From contig CAVTTI010000020.1 in the NCBI GenBank assembly GCA_963737615.1, positions 3,322-67,321 on the forward strand: 64,000 bases of DNA. The letters run 5' to 3'. The DNA is from an uncultured Actinomycetes bacterium. Lineage in GTDB: Bacteria > Actinomycetota > Thermoleophilia > Gaiellales > Gaiellaceae. Position numbers and translations under genes: made by a program. The notes under the pieces are model-generated. The model searched no databases. It saw only the letters and a list, made by a program, of their open reading frames with translations, and had not been told where the DNA came from. Each line of letters begins with the position of its first letter. Position 1 is the stretch's first letter. This document shows, piece by piece, positions 29,340-38,368 of this stretch.

Positions 29340-29356
29340 CGACTAGCCTTGGCTCC

Positions 29357-29935
29357 GTGGCGCGCATCAGCTACGTCGACCCCGGTTCCTTGACTGACCC
29401 CGAGCTGGTCGTCTACCTCGAAGAGGCCCGCCGCTACGGGACTCCGCGGCCCGAGACGCAGGCGATCCGCTCGCACGTTCCCGCCGTCGCGAAGGCGTTC
29501 TCCCGGGCCTGGAACGCCATCTTCCGGGAAGGGCTCGTCGAGCATCCGCTCAAAGAGCTCTGCCGCGTCTACGTCTCGAAGACGATCGACTGCCACTACT
29601 GAGGGTCCCAACGGTCTCTCCGGGGCGGAGAGCAAGGGTTGACCGAGCGGGACTACGAAGACCTCCTCGATTTCGAGAGCTCCGACCGCTTCGGAGAACG
29701 CCAGAAGGCGGCACTGCTCTACACGAGCATGCTCGTCTGGAATCCGGAGGGCGCCGACGAGGCAGTGTGGGCTCGCCTGCGCGAGCACTTCACCGACGAG
29801 CAGATCGTCGAGCTCGGCTCCTTCGTCTGCCTGACCTACGGCCAGCAGCGGGTGATCAAGACCTGGGGCGTCGGCCACGGTGAGCTCCTCGCGGATACGA
29901 CCGTCGGACTCGCTCCGAGCAAGGTGGAGAGCTAG
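29357..29935 (+). CDS. AhpD/carboxymuconolactone-decarboxylase (CMD) family protein with in-frame TGA at 29600-29602 in place of the second Cys of CxxC (selenocysteine candidate, or split or nonsense gene)
   Basis: GTG 29357 gives VARISYVDPGSLTDPELV...LKELCRVYVSKTIDCHY-TGA-GSQRSLRGGEQGLTERDYEDLLDFESSDRFGERQKAALLYTS...EQIVELGSF, one continuous frame of 192 codons matching a single CMD domain. The ORF track splits it into 29156..29602 and 29639..29935, which are in the same frame. Confidence 0.6.
29604..29644 (+). promoter_or_regulatory. Hairpin immediately 3' of the in-frame UGA; candidate bacterial SECIS element
   Basis: CUCUCCG-GGG-CGGAGAG (29616-29632) is a 7-bp perfect stem with a G-rich apical loop lying 21-23 nt after the UGA. 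A possible lower stem is GGUC (29604-07) with GACC (29641-44). Hand folding only. Confidence 0.4.
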
Positions 29936-30331
29936 GTGGCGCACCTGCCGGGAAACGCCGGAGAGATCCGCGGGCGCGTGCCGGCGGTGCTCGAGTCGTA
30001 CGCGTTCCTCCGCGACAACGTCCTCCGCGACGGAGTGGTCGACCCGGCGCTCAAGGAGCTCTGCTTCCGCTACCTCGCCGAGGACCCGGAGACGATGGAC
30101 TTCGGCGGCTTCGAGGGGCGGGAGCGCCTCGCCCTCGAATGGTGCCATGCGATCGCCTGGGATTCGGACGCGGCGGACGACGCTCTCTGGAGCCGGCTGC
30201 ACGCGGAGTTCAGCGAGCAGGAGCTGGTCGACCTCGGCTGCGCGATCGGTTTCGAGCTCGGGCAGCAGCATTGGCGCCGGACCGTCGGCCTGACTGCGCG
30301 CGACGAGCCCGCTCAAGCCTCGGGCTCCTGA
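29936..30331 (+). CDS. CMD/AhpD-like family protein (no CxxC motif)
   Basis: GTG immediately after the upstream TAG. DPALKELCFRYLAEDPE...RERLALEWCHAIAW...ELVDLGCAIGFELGQQ parallels the helical CMD repeat of the preceding gene. Confidence 0.6.
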   Translation: MAHLPGNAGEIRGRVPAVLESYAFLRDNVLRDGVVDPALKELCFRYLAEDPETMDFGGFEGRERLALEWCHAIAWDSDAADDALWSRLHAEFSEQELVDLGCAIGFELGQQHWRRTVGLTARDEPAQASGS

Positions 30332-31230
30332 CCGAGGAGCCGCCGCGCGTTCCCACCGAGAATCGCCTGCTCCTCGTCGGGTGCCAGTCCGAGCGCGCGG
30401 ACGATCTCGGCCGGCCGCTCGACGCCCATGTCGAAGGGGTAGTCGGAGCCGCAGAGCACGCGGTCTGCTCCGGCAAGGGCTACCACCTCACGAAGCACGT
30501 TTTCGTCGTGCGTGACCGTGTCGAAGTAGAACCGGCTGAGCGAGTCGTCCGGAGACTCGCCGAGGCGTGAGCGCGCCTGCGGCTGAAACGAGTGCGCATG
30601 GCGAAGCCGTCCGCGTAGGGCCGGGAGGGCGCCGCCACCGTGGGCAAGAAGCACACGGAGCCCCGGGTGACGCTCGAGAACGCCGGCCATCACCATGTGC
30701 GCAGCAGTGACCGTCGTCTCGAGTGGGTTCCCGACTGCGTTCCAGAGGTAGAAGTCGTCGAAGACCGGCTGGTCGAAGCCGCGTGTCGTCGGGTGGATGA
30801 AGATCAGAGCGCGGGTTTCCTCAGCCGCTGCCCAGAAGTCGCTGAAGCGCTCGGCACCGAGGTAGTCGCCGTTGAAGCTCGCGGCGACCTCGACACCGGA
30901 GAGGCGACCGTCGTCCATCAGCTCGACCAGCGTCTCGGGACGCTCGAGATCCGCCGTCCCGAGTGCGGCCACCCGCTTCCCGACCATGGCCGCAAGCGCC
31001 TCGTTCTGGCGAGCCGGCTCGCGCCCGAGCAGCGTGACCCAGGAGCAGAGGACGACCATGTCCACGCCGGCCCGATCCTGTTCCTCCAGGATGCGCTCCA
31101 GATCGACGAACTCACGGACGGCGGAGCGGATCGAGCGGCCCCCGAAGTCAACCACCTGAGCGCCGTCCTCCCAGCGAACGTGGGCTCCCAGGCCGGGAAC
31201 GATGACGTGCGCGTGTGCGTCGACGATCAC
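30313..31230 (-). CDS. Amidohydrolase-2 (ACMSD-like) family metal-dependent hydrolase/decarboxylase
   Basis: MIVDAHAHVIVPG (HxH metal motif), IFIHP, LLAHGGG, CGSDYPFD motifs. Confidence 0.8.
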   Translation of the reverse strand: MIVDAHAHVIVPGLGAHVRWEDGAQVVDFGGRSIRSAVREFVDLERILEEQDRAGVDMVVLCSWVTLLGREPARQNEALAAMVGKRVAALGTADLERPETLVELMDDGRLSGVEVAASFNGDYLGAERFSDFWAAAEETRALIFIHPTTRGFDQPVFDDFYLWNAVGNPLETTVTAAHMVMAGVLERHPGLRVLLAHGGGALPALRGRLRHAHSFQPQARSRLGESPDDSLSRFYFDTVTHDENVLREVVALAGADRVLCGSDYPFDMGVERPAEIVRALGLAPDEEQAILGGNARRLLGQEPEA

Positions 31231-31233
31231 GGC

Positions 31234-32121
31234 TCAGGCCTCCAGCACAAGGACGAGACCGCCGGCGACGACGAGGGCGCCCCCGGCCCAAATCTGCGCG
31301 TTCACGCGCTCGACGTCACGTCCCATGAGCATGGGGGAGAGTAGGAGGACGACCGGCACGGAGAGGAGGCCGAGAGCGAGCACGACCGCCACTGCAGTGT
31401 GGTCGAGCGCGACCCAGCGTGCCCACACCGAGAGTCCGACCATCCCGCCGGCCAGGAGCTTGAAGCCGAGGGCGTCCCACGAGCCCAGCGCCGGCCCTTC
31501 GACACGCGGCCGCAGAGGAAGGGCGAGCCCGTAGACGGTGACCGCGACGAGCATGCCGAGCGTCAGGCCCAGCAGCGGCGAAGACAGACCCTCGAGCCCT
31601 TCCTTGATGAGGATGGGGCTCACCGACCACGCGATGGCAGTCCCGAGGCCGGGCAGAGAGTCGCGCCAGCCGACGTCCCATCCCACCTCGGCGACCCGCT
31701 CGAGCGAGACGACGAGGGCGCCGCCCAGCACGAGCGCGATCCCGAGCCAGGCAATGAGGTGGGGGAACTCGTGGATCGTGACCGCGGCGATCGCCGCACC
31801 GAAGAGCGGATTCGTCGCCAGAAGAGGGCTCGTCCGCGCCGCGCCCACACGCATCTGGCTCATGTTCAGGAGCGTCCAGCCGAGGAAGAAGTGGATGAGG
31901 CCCGCGAGCGAGAAGTACACGAGCGAGATCGCTGTGGCGGTCCCGAAAAGGCCGAGATCTTCCGTGACGGCACTTGCGAGCGCGAGCACCCCGAGCGCTA
32001 CCAGGAGCTGGAGGAACGTCGCGAGGTACGCGTCGCTCATCCCGCCGACTGCGCGGCGGTTGAGCGTCTGAAAGACCCCGAAGCCGAGTCCGGCAGCCGC
32101 AGCCAGCAAAGGTCCCGTCAC
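31234..32121 (-). CDS. EamA/DMT-superfamily transporter
   Basis: Only the C-terminal 295 codons of ORF 31234..33450 are credible. GTG 32121 overlaps the livF stop (GTGA). About ten hydrophobic helices in two EamA-like halves. Confidence 0.75.
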   Translation of the reverse strand: MTGPLLAAAAGLGFGVFQTLNRRAVGGMSDAYLATFLQLLVALGVLALASAVTEDLGLFGTATAISLVYFSLAGLIHFFLGWTLLNMSQMRVGAARTSPLLATNPLFGAAIAAVTIHEFPHLIAWLGIALVLGGALVVSLERVAEVGWDVGWRDSLPGLGTAIAWSVSPILIKEGLEGLSSPLLGLTLGMLVAVTVYGLALPLRPRVEGPALGSWDALGFKLLAGGMVGLSVWARWVALDHTAVAVVLALGLLSVPVVLLLSPMLMGRDVERVNAQIWAGGALVVAGGLVLVLEA

Positions 32122-32900
32122 GGGTGAGTGGCTCTGGTTTCCGTTCGTTTCTCGGGATCGCCGGCCGCCTTCCGTGCTGCCGCAGCTGCGCTTCCGCCGA
32201 AGAAAAGGTCTCCCATCTCCGGGTTCGCAAGCAGATCCGCGGCTCGGTCCGCCAGGATGACTCGTCCGCTTTCCATCACCACGCCCTGCGTCGCAAGACC
32301 AAGGCCGAACCGGACGTTCTGCTCCACGAGAACCACGGTCTTGCCGGCCTCTTTCATGAGGCCGATCGAGTCCGAGACGTTCTGCAGCGCTTTCGGGTCG
32401 AGTCCGAGTGACGGCTCGTCGAGGAGGACGAGGACCGGGTCGAGCATCAAGCTCCGGGCGAACTCGACCATTCTTCGCTGGCCGCCCGAGAGGTTTCCAG
32501 CCTTCTCGTCGGCACGCTCGCGTACGAGCGGAAAGAGCCCCTCGAGGTTCGCATACCGCTCCCGGACAAGCTGACGCTTGCTGCGGATGACATACGCGCC
32601 CATGAGGACGTTCTCCCGGACGGTCAGATTCGGAAAGAGCCCGTGCGACTGCGGCACCTGGACGATTCCGAGCGAGAGGATGTGCGCGGGATCCTGCCGC
32701 CCGATCTCCTCGCCGTCGAAGCGCACGGTGCCGAGCCGCGGCACCAGAAGGCCGCTTACGACGCGGAGGACGGTTGACTTTCCTGCCCCGTTCGGGCCGA
32801 CGATGCACGTGACGGATCCGGGCTCCACGGCGAGGTCCATTCCCTGGAGGACGTCGCCTCCGCCGTAGCCTGCGTAGACGTCCGAGAGCTCGAGCAGCAC
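32118..32900 (-). CDS. livF: Branched-chain amino acid ABC transporter ATP-binding protein (LivF type)
   Basis: [11 protein letters not shown] Walker [16 protein letters not shown] signature, [11 protein letters not shown] Walker B. C-terminal tail of about 25 aa. Confidence 0.9.
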   Translation of the reverse strand: MLLELSDVYAGYGGGDVLQGMDLAVEPGSVTCIVGPNGAGKSTVLRVVSGLLVPRLGTVRFDGEEIGRQDPAHILSLGIVQVPQSHGLFPNLTVRENVLMGAYVIRSKRQLVRERYANLEGLFPLVRERADEKAGNLSGGQRRMVEFARSLMLDPVLVLLDEPSLGLDPKALQNVSDSIGLMKEAGKTVVLVEQNVRFGLGLATQGVVMESGRVILADRAADLLANPEMGDLFFGGSAAAAARKAAGDPEKRTETRATHP

Positions 32901-33677
32901 CTAGCGCACCCCGGCCTGCTGCTCGGCCACGTAGTGCTCCCCGAGGTACGCGTCGAGCACGCGCTCGTCTTTCTGGATCTCGGCCGGGGTCCCGCGAGAG
33001 ATGCAGCTTCCGCGCGCGAGGACGAGGACCGGATCGCAAAGTCGCAGAACCATCGGCATGTTGTGCTCGACGATCAGAAACGTCTTTCCCTGCCGGTTGA
33101 GCTCTCGGATCATCTCGACGATGTGGTCGACGAGCGTCGGATTGATGCCCCCCGCCGGTTCGTCGAGCATAATCAGGCGCGGATCGAGCATGAGTATCTG
33201 GGCCAGCTCGACGAGTTTCTGCTGCCCGTAGGAGAGCGCAGCCGCACGTTGCTCGGCAAAGGCACGCATTCCGACGAAGTCGAGGAGCTCCTGTGCCCGT
33301 TGTGCCTCGGCTCCGCTGACGGCGTCCGCGGCGAGCTGCCGCCAGGAGAAAGACCGAAGCGGAGCGACGACGTTCTCGAGCACGGTCATCTCGCGGAAGA
33401 GACGCGTGATCTGGAAGGTCCGGCCGATTCCCCGGTGGGCGCGCTCCCACGGGGGCAGGCCGTCGATCGGCGTGCCGTCGAACAGGATCTCGCCGGAGTC
33501 CGCCTTCATCGTCCCGTCGATGATGTTGAACAGCGTCGTCTTCCCAGAGCCGTTCGGGCCGATCAGGGCGGTGATCGTCTCCTCTTCAACCTCGAGCGCG
33601 CAGCCGTCGAGTGCCCGCAGGCCTCCGAAACGCCGGCTCGACGCCCCGCACCTCCAGAAGTGGGCGGCCGGTTCCAT
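32901..33677 (-). CDS. livG: Branched-chain amino acid ABC transporter ATP-binding protein (LivG type); N-terminal 11 codons appear out of frame
   Basis: GPNGSGKTTLFN, LSYGQQKLVELAQIL, LIMLDEPAGGINP. The canonical N-terminus PLLEVRGVE is encoded in the neighbouring frame at 33634-33663, while the annotated frame reads HFWRCGASS there. Confidence 0.85.
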   Translation of the reverse strand: MEPAAHFWRCGASSRRFGGLRALDGCALEVEEETITALIGPNGSGKTTLFNIIDGTMKADSGEILFDGTPIDGLPPWERAHRGIGRTFQITRLFREMTVLENVVAPLRSFSWRQLAADAVSGAEAQRAQELLDFVGMRAFAEQRAAALSYGQQKLVELAQILMLDPRLIMLDEPAGGINPTLVDHIVEMIRELNRQGKTFLIVEHNMPMVLRLCDPVLVLARGSCISRGTPAEIQKDERVLDAYLGEHYVAEQQAGVR

Positions 33678-33697
33678 GGGCCCGGGCCGGCTCGGCG

Positions 33698-34759
33698 TCA
33701 GCCCCGCGAACGGCGACCGGCCGTTCGATGCGAGCCCCGACCAGAGCCGCCTTGCCGGTACCGCGCCAGCGAGCCCAGAGCTCGGCGATGCTCGGGATCA
33801 CGCCGCGGGGGAGGAAGAGGACGACGAGCTGCAAGCAGGCCTCCGAAGAAGATCAGCCGTTCGTTCCCACCCGAGAACTCGTTGTTGGTGATCTCGTTTA
33901 ACGGCTCGAGGATGAAGGCGCCGAGCACCGGCCCCATGATCGTTCCACGCCCGCCCAGGAGCACGGCCAGCGCAACCTGGACGCTGACGACGATGTCGAA
34001 CATCCCACGTGGGTCGATGAACGTGAGGTAGTAGGCGTAGATACCGCCTGCCGCGCCGATGAAGACCGCGCTCGCGACGAAGCTGAGCACCTTGTAGACG
34101 GACGTGTTCACGCCGACGCTCGCCGCCTTGCTCTCGTCCTCCCGGATCGCGATCAACCCCATCCCGAGCTTCGTGCGCCGAATCCACCAGGACATGGCGA
34201 CCGAGAGGAGCATGAGGCCGAGCAGGCTGTAGTAGAACGGCCAGTTCTGGTAGTCGATGTTCCAGAGCGGCAGCGGCAGCGAGAGGCCGTGGTTCCCGTT
34301 CGTCAGCGCCGACCAGTTGAGGGTCACGATCTGCATCACGAACAGGAAGGCGATCGTGAGGATCACGAACGCGTGCCCGCGGGTCCGCGTGAGGACCGAG
34401 CCGACGACGGCCGCGAAGATGCCCGCGACAACTGCGGAGATCGGGATGAACCAGAACGGAGAGGCGCCCTCGAACACCCTCAGCGCGAAGAGCGCCGTCG
34501 TGTACGCGCCGATCCCGAGGAAAGCGCTCTGCCCGAGCGACACGTAGCCAGTGAAGCCCGAGATGATGTTCCACCCGCTCCCCATGATCGCCAGGAGCAG
34601 CGAGAGGATGATCATGTTCTGGTAGTAGAGGTCGTCCGAGACGACCGGGTAGAGCACGAGAGCCACGAGCGCAACCCCCGCGACCACGCGCCAGCCCTGT
34701 GCCGTCACGAGCCCAGGGAGGCCCGTTCGGCGCTTCGGCCCCGCCTCCGCGGTCGTCAC
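33698..34759 (-). CDS. livM: Branched-chain amino acid ABC transporter permease (LivM type); C-terminal about 45 codons appear out of frame
   Basis: GTG 34759 overlaps the livH stop (GTGA). Typical LivM body (GYVSLGQSAFLGIGAY...). The canonical C-terminus LQLVVLFLPRGVIPSIAELW is in the adjacent frame from about 33836 downwards, while the annotated frame ends in Arg/Pro/Gly-rich sequence. Confidence 0.85.
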   Translation of the reverse strand: MTTAEAGPKRRTGLPGLVTAQGWRVVAGVALVALVLYPVVSDDLYYQNMIILSLLLAIMGSGWNIISGFTGYVSLGQSAFLGIGAYTTALFALRVFEGASPFWFIPISAVVAGIFAAVVGSVLTRTRGHAFVILTIAFLFVMQIVTLNWSALTNGNHGLSLPLPLWNIDYQNWPFYYSLLGLMLLSVAMSWWIRRTKLGMGLIAIREDESKAASVGVNTSVYKVLSFVASAVFIGAAGGIYAYYLTFIDPRGMFDIVVSVQVALAVLLGGRGTIMGPVLGAFILEPLNEITNNEFSGGNERLIFFGGLLAARRPLPPPRRDPEHRRALGSLARYRQGGSGRGSHRTAGRRSRG

Positions 34760-35637
34760 ACGACCACGTCCTCCCGAAGCTTTGCACCCATGATCCCCTG
34801 CGGTCGCGCGAGCAGGACGACCATGATCACCGCGTAGGGGACCATCGTCGCCCACCTCGGCGAGATGTATGTCACGGTCATCGTCTCCGCGACTCCGAGG
34901 ACGAGCGCCCCCACCAGCGCGCCCGGGAGGCTACCCATGCCGCCAAGCACGATGATGCCGAGGAGCCGCGAGATCCACTGGTAGTGCGAGCCGGGCAGGA
35001 ACGGGTAGAGCACCGACGCAATCGACCCGCCCGCGCCTGTCGTCGCCACCCCGATCGCGAACGTGAGCGCAGCCACCTTGCGAGCGTTCACGCCGACGAG
35101 ACGCGCCGAGCTGACGTTCTCCGAGACCGCGCGGATGGCCCGCCCTAGCCACGTACGCGTCAACATCATGTACAGCGCTGCGAGGACGCCGATCGCGATC
35201 GCGCAGCCGAACAGCTGCGCCTTCGGAAAATAGAAGCCTCCGGCCCGGAAAGACTCGTCCACGTACCCCGGGGTGGAGGAGTGGTAGGTCGTGGACCAGA
35301 CGAGCCCCATGATCCCCTCGAGGACGAGCGCGAGTGCAAACGTGAGCAGGACGGACGTGGACGCGGGCCTGCCCGAGATCCACTGAATCGTCAGCCGGTA
35401 GATCACCCACCCGATCACGAACATCGCCGGTGTCGTGATCAGCGCTCCCAGGAGCGGGTCGATGCCCATCTCGTTCCAGAGCGCCCAGGTCATGAACGCC
35501 GAGAGGATGATGAGCGCTCCCTGGGCCACGTTGATCACGTCCATGACGCCGAAGATCAGCGTCAGCCCCGATGCAAGGAGCGCATAGACCCCTCCGATCA
35601 TCAGGCCGAGGATCAGTGCCTGGACGAATTGGGTCAA
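34756..35637 (-). CDS. livH: Branched-chain amino acid ABC transporter permease (LivH type)
   Basis: MTQFVQALILGLMIGGVYALLASGLTLIFGVMDVINVAQGAL is a textbook LivH N-terminus. Confidence 0.9.
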   Translation of the reverse strand: MTQFVQALILGLMIGGVYALLASGLTLIFGVMDVINVAQGALIILSAFMTWALWNEMGIDPLLGALITTPAMFVIGWVIYRLTIQWISGRPASTSVLLTFALALVLEGIMGLVWSTTYHSSTPGYVDESFRAGGFYFPKAQLFGCAIAIGVLAALYMMLTRTWLGRAIRAVSENVSSARLVGVNARKVAALTFAIGVATTGAGGSIASVLYPFLPGSHYQWISRLLGIIVLGGMGSLPGALVGALVLGVAETMTVTYISPRWATMVPYAVIMVVLLARPQGIMGAKLREDVVV

Positions 35638-35701
35638 ACGCCCCCTCCGCGGTAGCCGAAGGGGCGGGAGCCTCCAGGCCCCCGCCCCTTCTTACCTGTT
35701 C

Positions 35702-36952
35702 CTAGTTCGACCAATCCGGCTTCGGGTTGACGATGGTGTCCGAGGTCGCGGCGTCCTCCGGCAGCACGATCTCCTCGTCGCCGTTCTGCCACTGTGCGAG
35801 GAGGAACGCTTGCTCGGGCGCGCCGGTCTCGTCCCAACTGAGTGGACCGAGGATCGTGTCCACCTCATTCTCCCGCAACCAGTCGGCGAGCTTCGTCTGG
35901 TCGATTTCGCCGACTTCCTCGACCGCCTTCTGGAGCACCTGGGCGGCCGCGTAGCCGTCCGCCGCGTCCTCTGGCGGATCCGTGTCGTACTTGGCCTTGT
36001 AGGCGGCCAGGAACTCCTCGTTGCCCGGAGTCGGGGAGTCCACGTGGTAGCTGACCGCGTAGAAGATGCCCTCCGTGTTCTTGAGGCCGACCGCGTCCGA
36101 GTACTGATCGGCAAACGAGGGCGTGGACGCCTGGAACATTTGCTTCGGGCTGTACCCGACCTTGATCAGAGAGCGGATCAGGTTGACGCCGTCCGCGAGG
36201 CCCGCGGAGCCCTGCGCGATCACGTCGGGCTTCTTCGAGGCTACGGCAGCTGCTGCCGCGTCGAAGTTGACCGTCTCCGGCGGGTACACCTTGCTGTAGA
36301 CGGTTTCCACGCCGGCAGCCTCGAGCTTCTCCTTGATGCCCTCGGCCACTGGTCCGCCGAAGGGATCGTCCGCGATGACGTAGGCGGCCGTTTTCGGCTT
36401 CTGATCGTCCGGCAGGCCGGTCACCCATTCGGCGAAGAGGTCGGCCTGGTGTTGCGATGTCGCCTGCTGTGCGAAGAACAGATACTTGAACCCGCGGCTG
36501 AACATCTCGGGCGAGCCGCCGGCGGGCTCCACGAAGAGCATCTTGTTCCGCTCGGCCACGGCCGACGCCGGGAGGTTCAGCAGTGAGGAGAACGTGCCGA
36601 GCAGAAGATCGACTTTCTCCTTCTGGATCAAGGCGTTGTAGTCGGAGACGATCACGTTCTGATCGCTCTGGTCGTCCTTGATGATCAGCTGGACTTGCCT
36701 TCCGAGCAGTCCACCGTTCTTATTCACGAGCTCTTGCCAGATCTCGTATCCCTGCTTTGCAGCCACACCGGGCTCCGCGAAGTCGCCCGTCAGCGGCAGC
36801 GATGCGCCGATCTTGAGCGGCTCGCTGCTCGCGGCAGTATCGGTCCCTGCGCTGGTTCCGCTGTCCCCGTCGTCGCCGCCGCATCCGGCAGCCAGCGCGG
36901 CCGCCGCGACGGCGAGCGCCAGCAACATGATGAATCGCAGCTTTCCTTTCAT
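35702..36952 (-). CDS. ABC transporter substrate-binding lipoprotein (LivJ/K-like, periplasmic binding protein type I)
   Basis: Trimmed to ATG 36952 with GGAGG 6 nt upstream. Lipobox LAAGCGG. IGASLPLTGDFAEPGVAAKQGYEIW is typical of Leu/Ile/Val-binding family proteins. Confidence 0.85.
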   Translation of the reverse strand: MKGKLRFIMLLALAVAAAALAAGCGGDDGDSGTSAGTDTAASSEPLKIGASLPLTGDFAEPGVAAKQGYEIWQELVNKNGGLLGRQVQLIIKDDQSDQNVIVSDYNALIQKEKVDLLLGTFSSLLNLPASAVAERNKMLFVEPAGGSPEMFSRGFKYLFFAQQATSQHQADLFAEWVTGLPDDQKPKTAAYVIADDPFGGPVAEGIKEKLEAAGVETVYSKVYPPETVNFDAAAAAVASKKPDVIAQGSAGLADGVNLIRSLIKVGYSPKQMFQASTPSFADQYSDAVGLKNTEGIFYAVSYHVDSPTPGNEEFLAAYKAKYDTDPPEDAADGYAAAQVLQKAVEEVGEIDQTKLADWLRENEVDTILGPLSWDETGAPEQAFLLAQWQNGDEEIVLPEDAATSDTIVNPKPDWSN

Positions 36953-37048
36953 GAAAGACCTCCGTGGCCGTGGTTGGCTTCCTCTCCAGTCGACGAGCAT
37001 GCGCTGCGTCCAACCTGCTTTCTCGCTTGCCTTTCCACCCTGCTGTGA

Positions 37049-38275
37049 TCAGACGACATGGATCTCCGTTCCGAATTCATTGATTGGGGTCGCGCCGTCT
37101 TCTGTGAGGTACAGCGTGTCCTCGATGCAGGCCGATCCCACGCCGGGGACGAAGATGCCCGGCTCGATGTTCAGGAAGCTCCCGGCGCGGAGCTCGGCCG
37201 TTTCGCCCTTCGCAACGACGGGTCGAACGGAGGTGGTGATTCCAGTCGTGTGGCCGAGATAGATGTGGTTCGCATGTTCCGCGTATCCGGCGTCCTCGAC
37301 CACACGGTTCGCCAGCTCCCACAGCTCGCCGCCGCTGATCCCGGCCCGCGTCTCCGAACACATGACCCGGTAGATCTCCGTCGTTGCGTCGAAAATCCCC
37401 CGTTGTTCCTCGTTGGGCTCGCCCACGGAGATCGTCCGGTCCGAGTCCGTGTAGTAGCCGGCGTGTGATGCGCTCAGGTCGAGCCAGAACATCTGACCCT
37501 GCTCGAGCGGCTCGGACGAATAGAGAAAGGGCCGCACGTTGCTGATCGCGTCGCTGAACGAGCCGATGTTGATGTGCGTCGAAACGCCGCTCCCATGGAG
37601 AAACTCTGCGCCGAGCGACGCCATCGCGCGTAGCGAGGCAAAGCAGACCTCGTATTCGGGGACTCCAGCACCGGCCGTTTCGACCGCCGCGGCGAACCCG
37701 GCGTCGGCCACGCGCGCCGTGGCACGAATCATCTCGCCGTCGTAGGCGGAGGGGGAGCCGACGAGCTCCTCCCAGACGGGTGTCGCCTCCACGTTGATCG
37801 CGTCGGGGAGCGATGCAGTCAGGACGTCGGCATAGATGCTCGGCATCACACCTGCGAAGACGCCGACGCGAGGGCTTGGAGCGCTCCCTGTCTGCACCGC
37901 TTGACGGATCGCCGATTGAAGCTCATCGGCGAGCCATTTCCGCGCCGGGTTCGGGTACTGGCGCACGTCCTCGATCCATGACATCCGGCTGGCCTCTTCG
38001 AGATGCCACGGCTGGTCGATCAGGAGGACCGGGGTCCCCTCGAGCGGGATCACCAGCAGTGAGCTTGCGCCCGGGAAGACGTGGACATAGCCGGCCAGAT
38101 AGCGAGTCATCTCCGGGCTCGCCGAGGAGCCGTACACGAGCAGCACGTCGATCCCGTGCCGCTCCATTAACTCGCGCGTGCGGTTTAGCCTGCTGACCTG
38201 TTCTTCGACGGGCGGCTGGGGGGCACGGCCCTTCGCCTTCTCGATCTCGGCGTACGGGTCAATCGTCGTGCTCAT
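37049..38275 (-). CDS. M24-family metallohydrolase (creatinase/prolidase fold), paralog 2
   Basis: Creatinase-like N-domain (MERHGIDVLLVYGSS), then MFWLDLSASHAGYYTDSDRT...HTTGITTSV...GSFLNIEPGIF pita-bread motifs. Confidence 0.75.
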   Translation of the reverse strand: MSTTIDPYAEIEKAKGRAPQPPVEEQVSRLNRTRELMERHGIDVLLVYGSSASPEMTRYLAGYVHVFPGASSLLVIPLEGTPVLLIDQPWHLEEASRMSWIEDVRQYPNPARKWLADELQSAIRQAVQTGSAPSPRVGVFAGVMPSIYADVLTASLPDAINVEATPVWEELVGSPSAYDGEMIRATARVADAGFAAAVETAGAGVPEYEVCFASLRAMASLGAEFLHGSGVSTHINIGSFSDAISNVRPFLYSSEPLEQGQMFWLDLSASHAGYYTDSDRTISVGEPNEEQRGIFDATTEIYRVMCSETRAGISGGELWELANRVVEDAGYAEHANHIYLGHTTGITTSVRPVVAKGETAELRAGSFLNIEPGIFVPGVGSACIEDTLYLTEDGATPINEFGTEIHVV

Positions 38276-38368
38276 CCGACGACTTCCGGTCGTAGGCAGC
38301 GAGCTTCATCTCGGTCCTCTCGTCGGTCACGTAGCGCTCCACGAGCGCAGGAAACTCCAGGAGCGCGT

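Noticed and set aside
32122-33450. N-terminal 440 aa of the 738-aa ORF 31234..33450
   Set aside because: This part is an out-of-frame overlay of livF and livG with Arg/Pro-rich nonsense composition. Only the C-terminal 295 codons (EamA transporter, GTG 32121) are credible.
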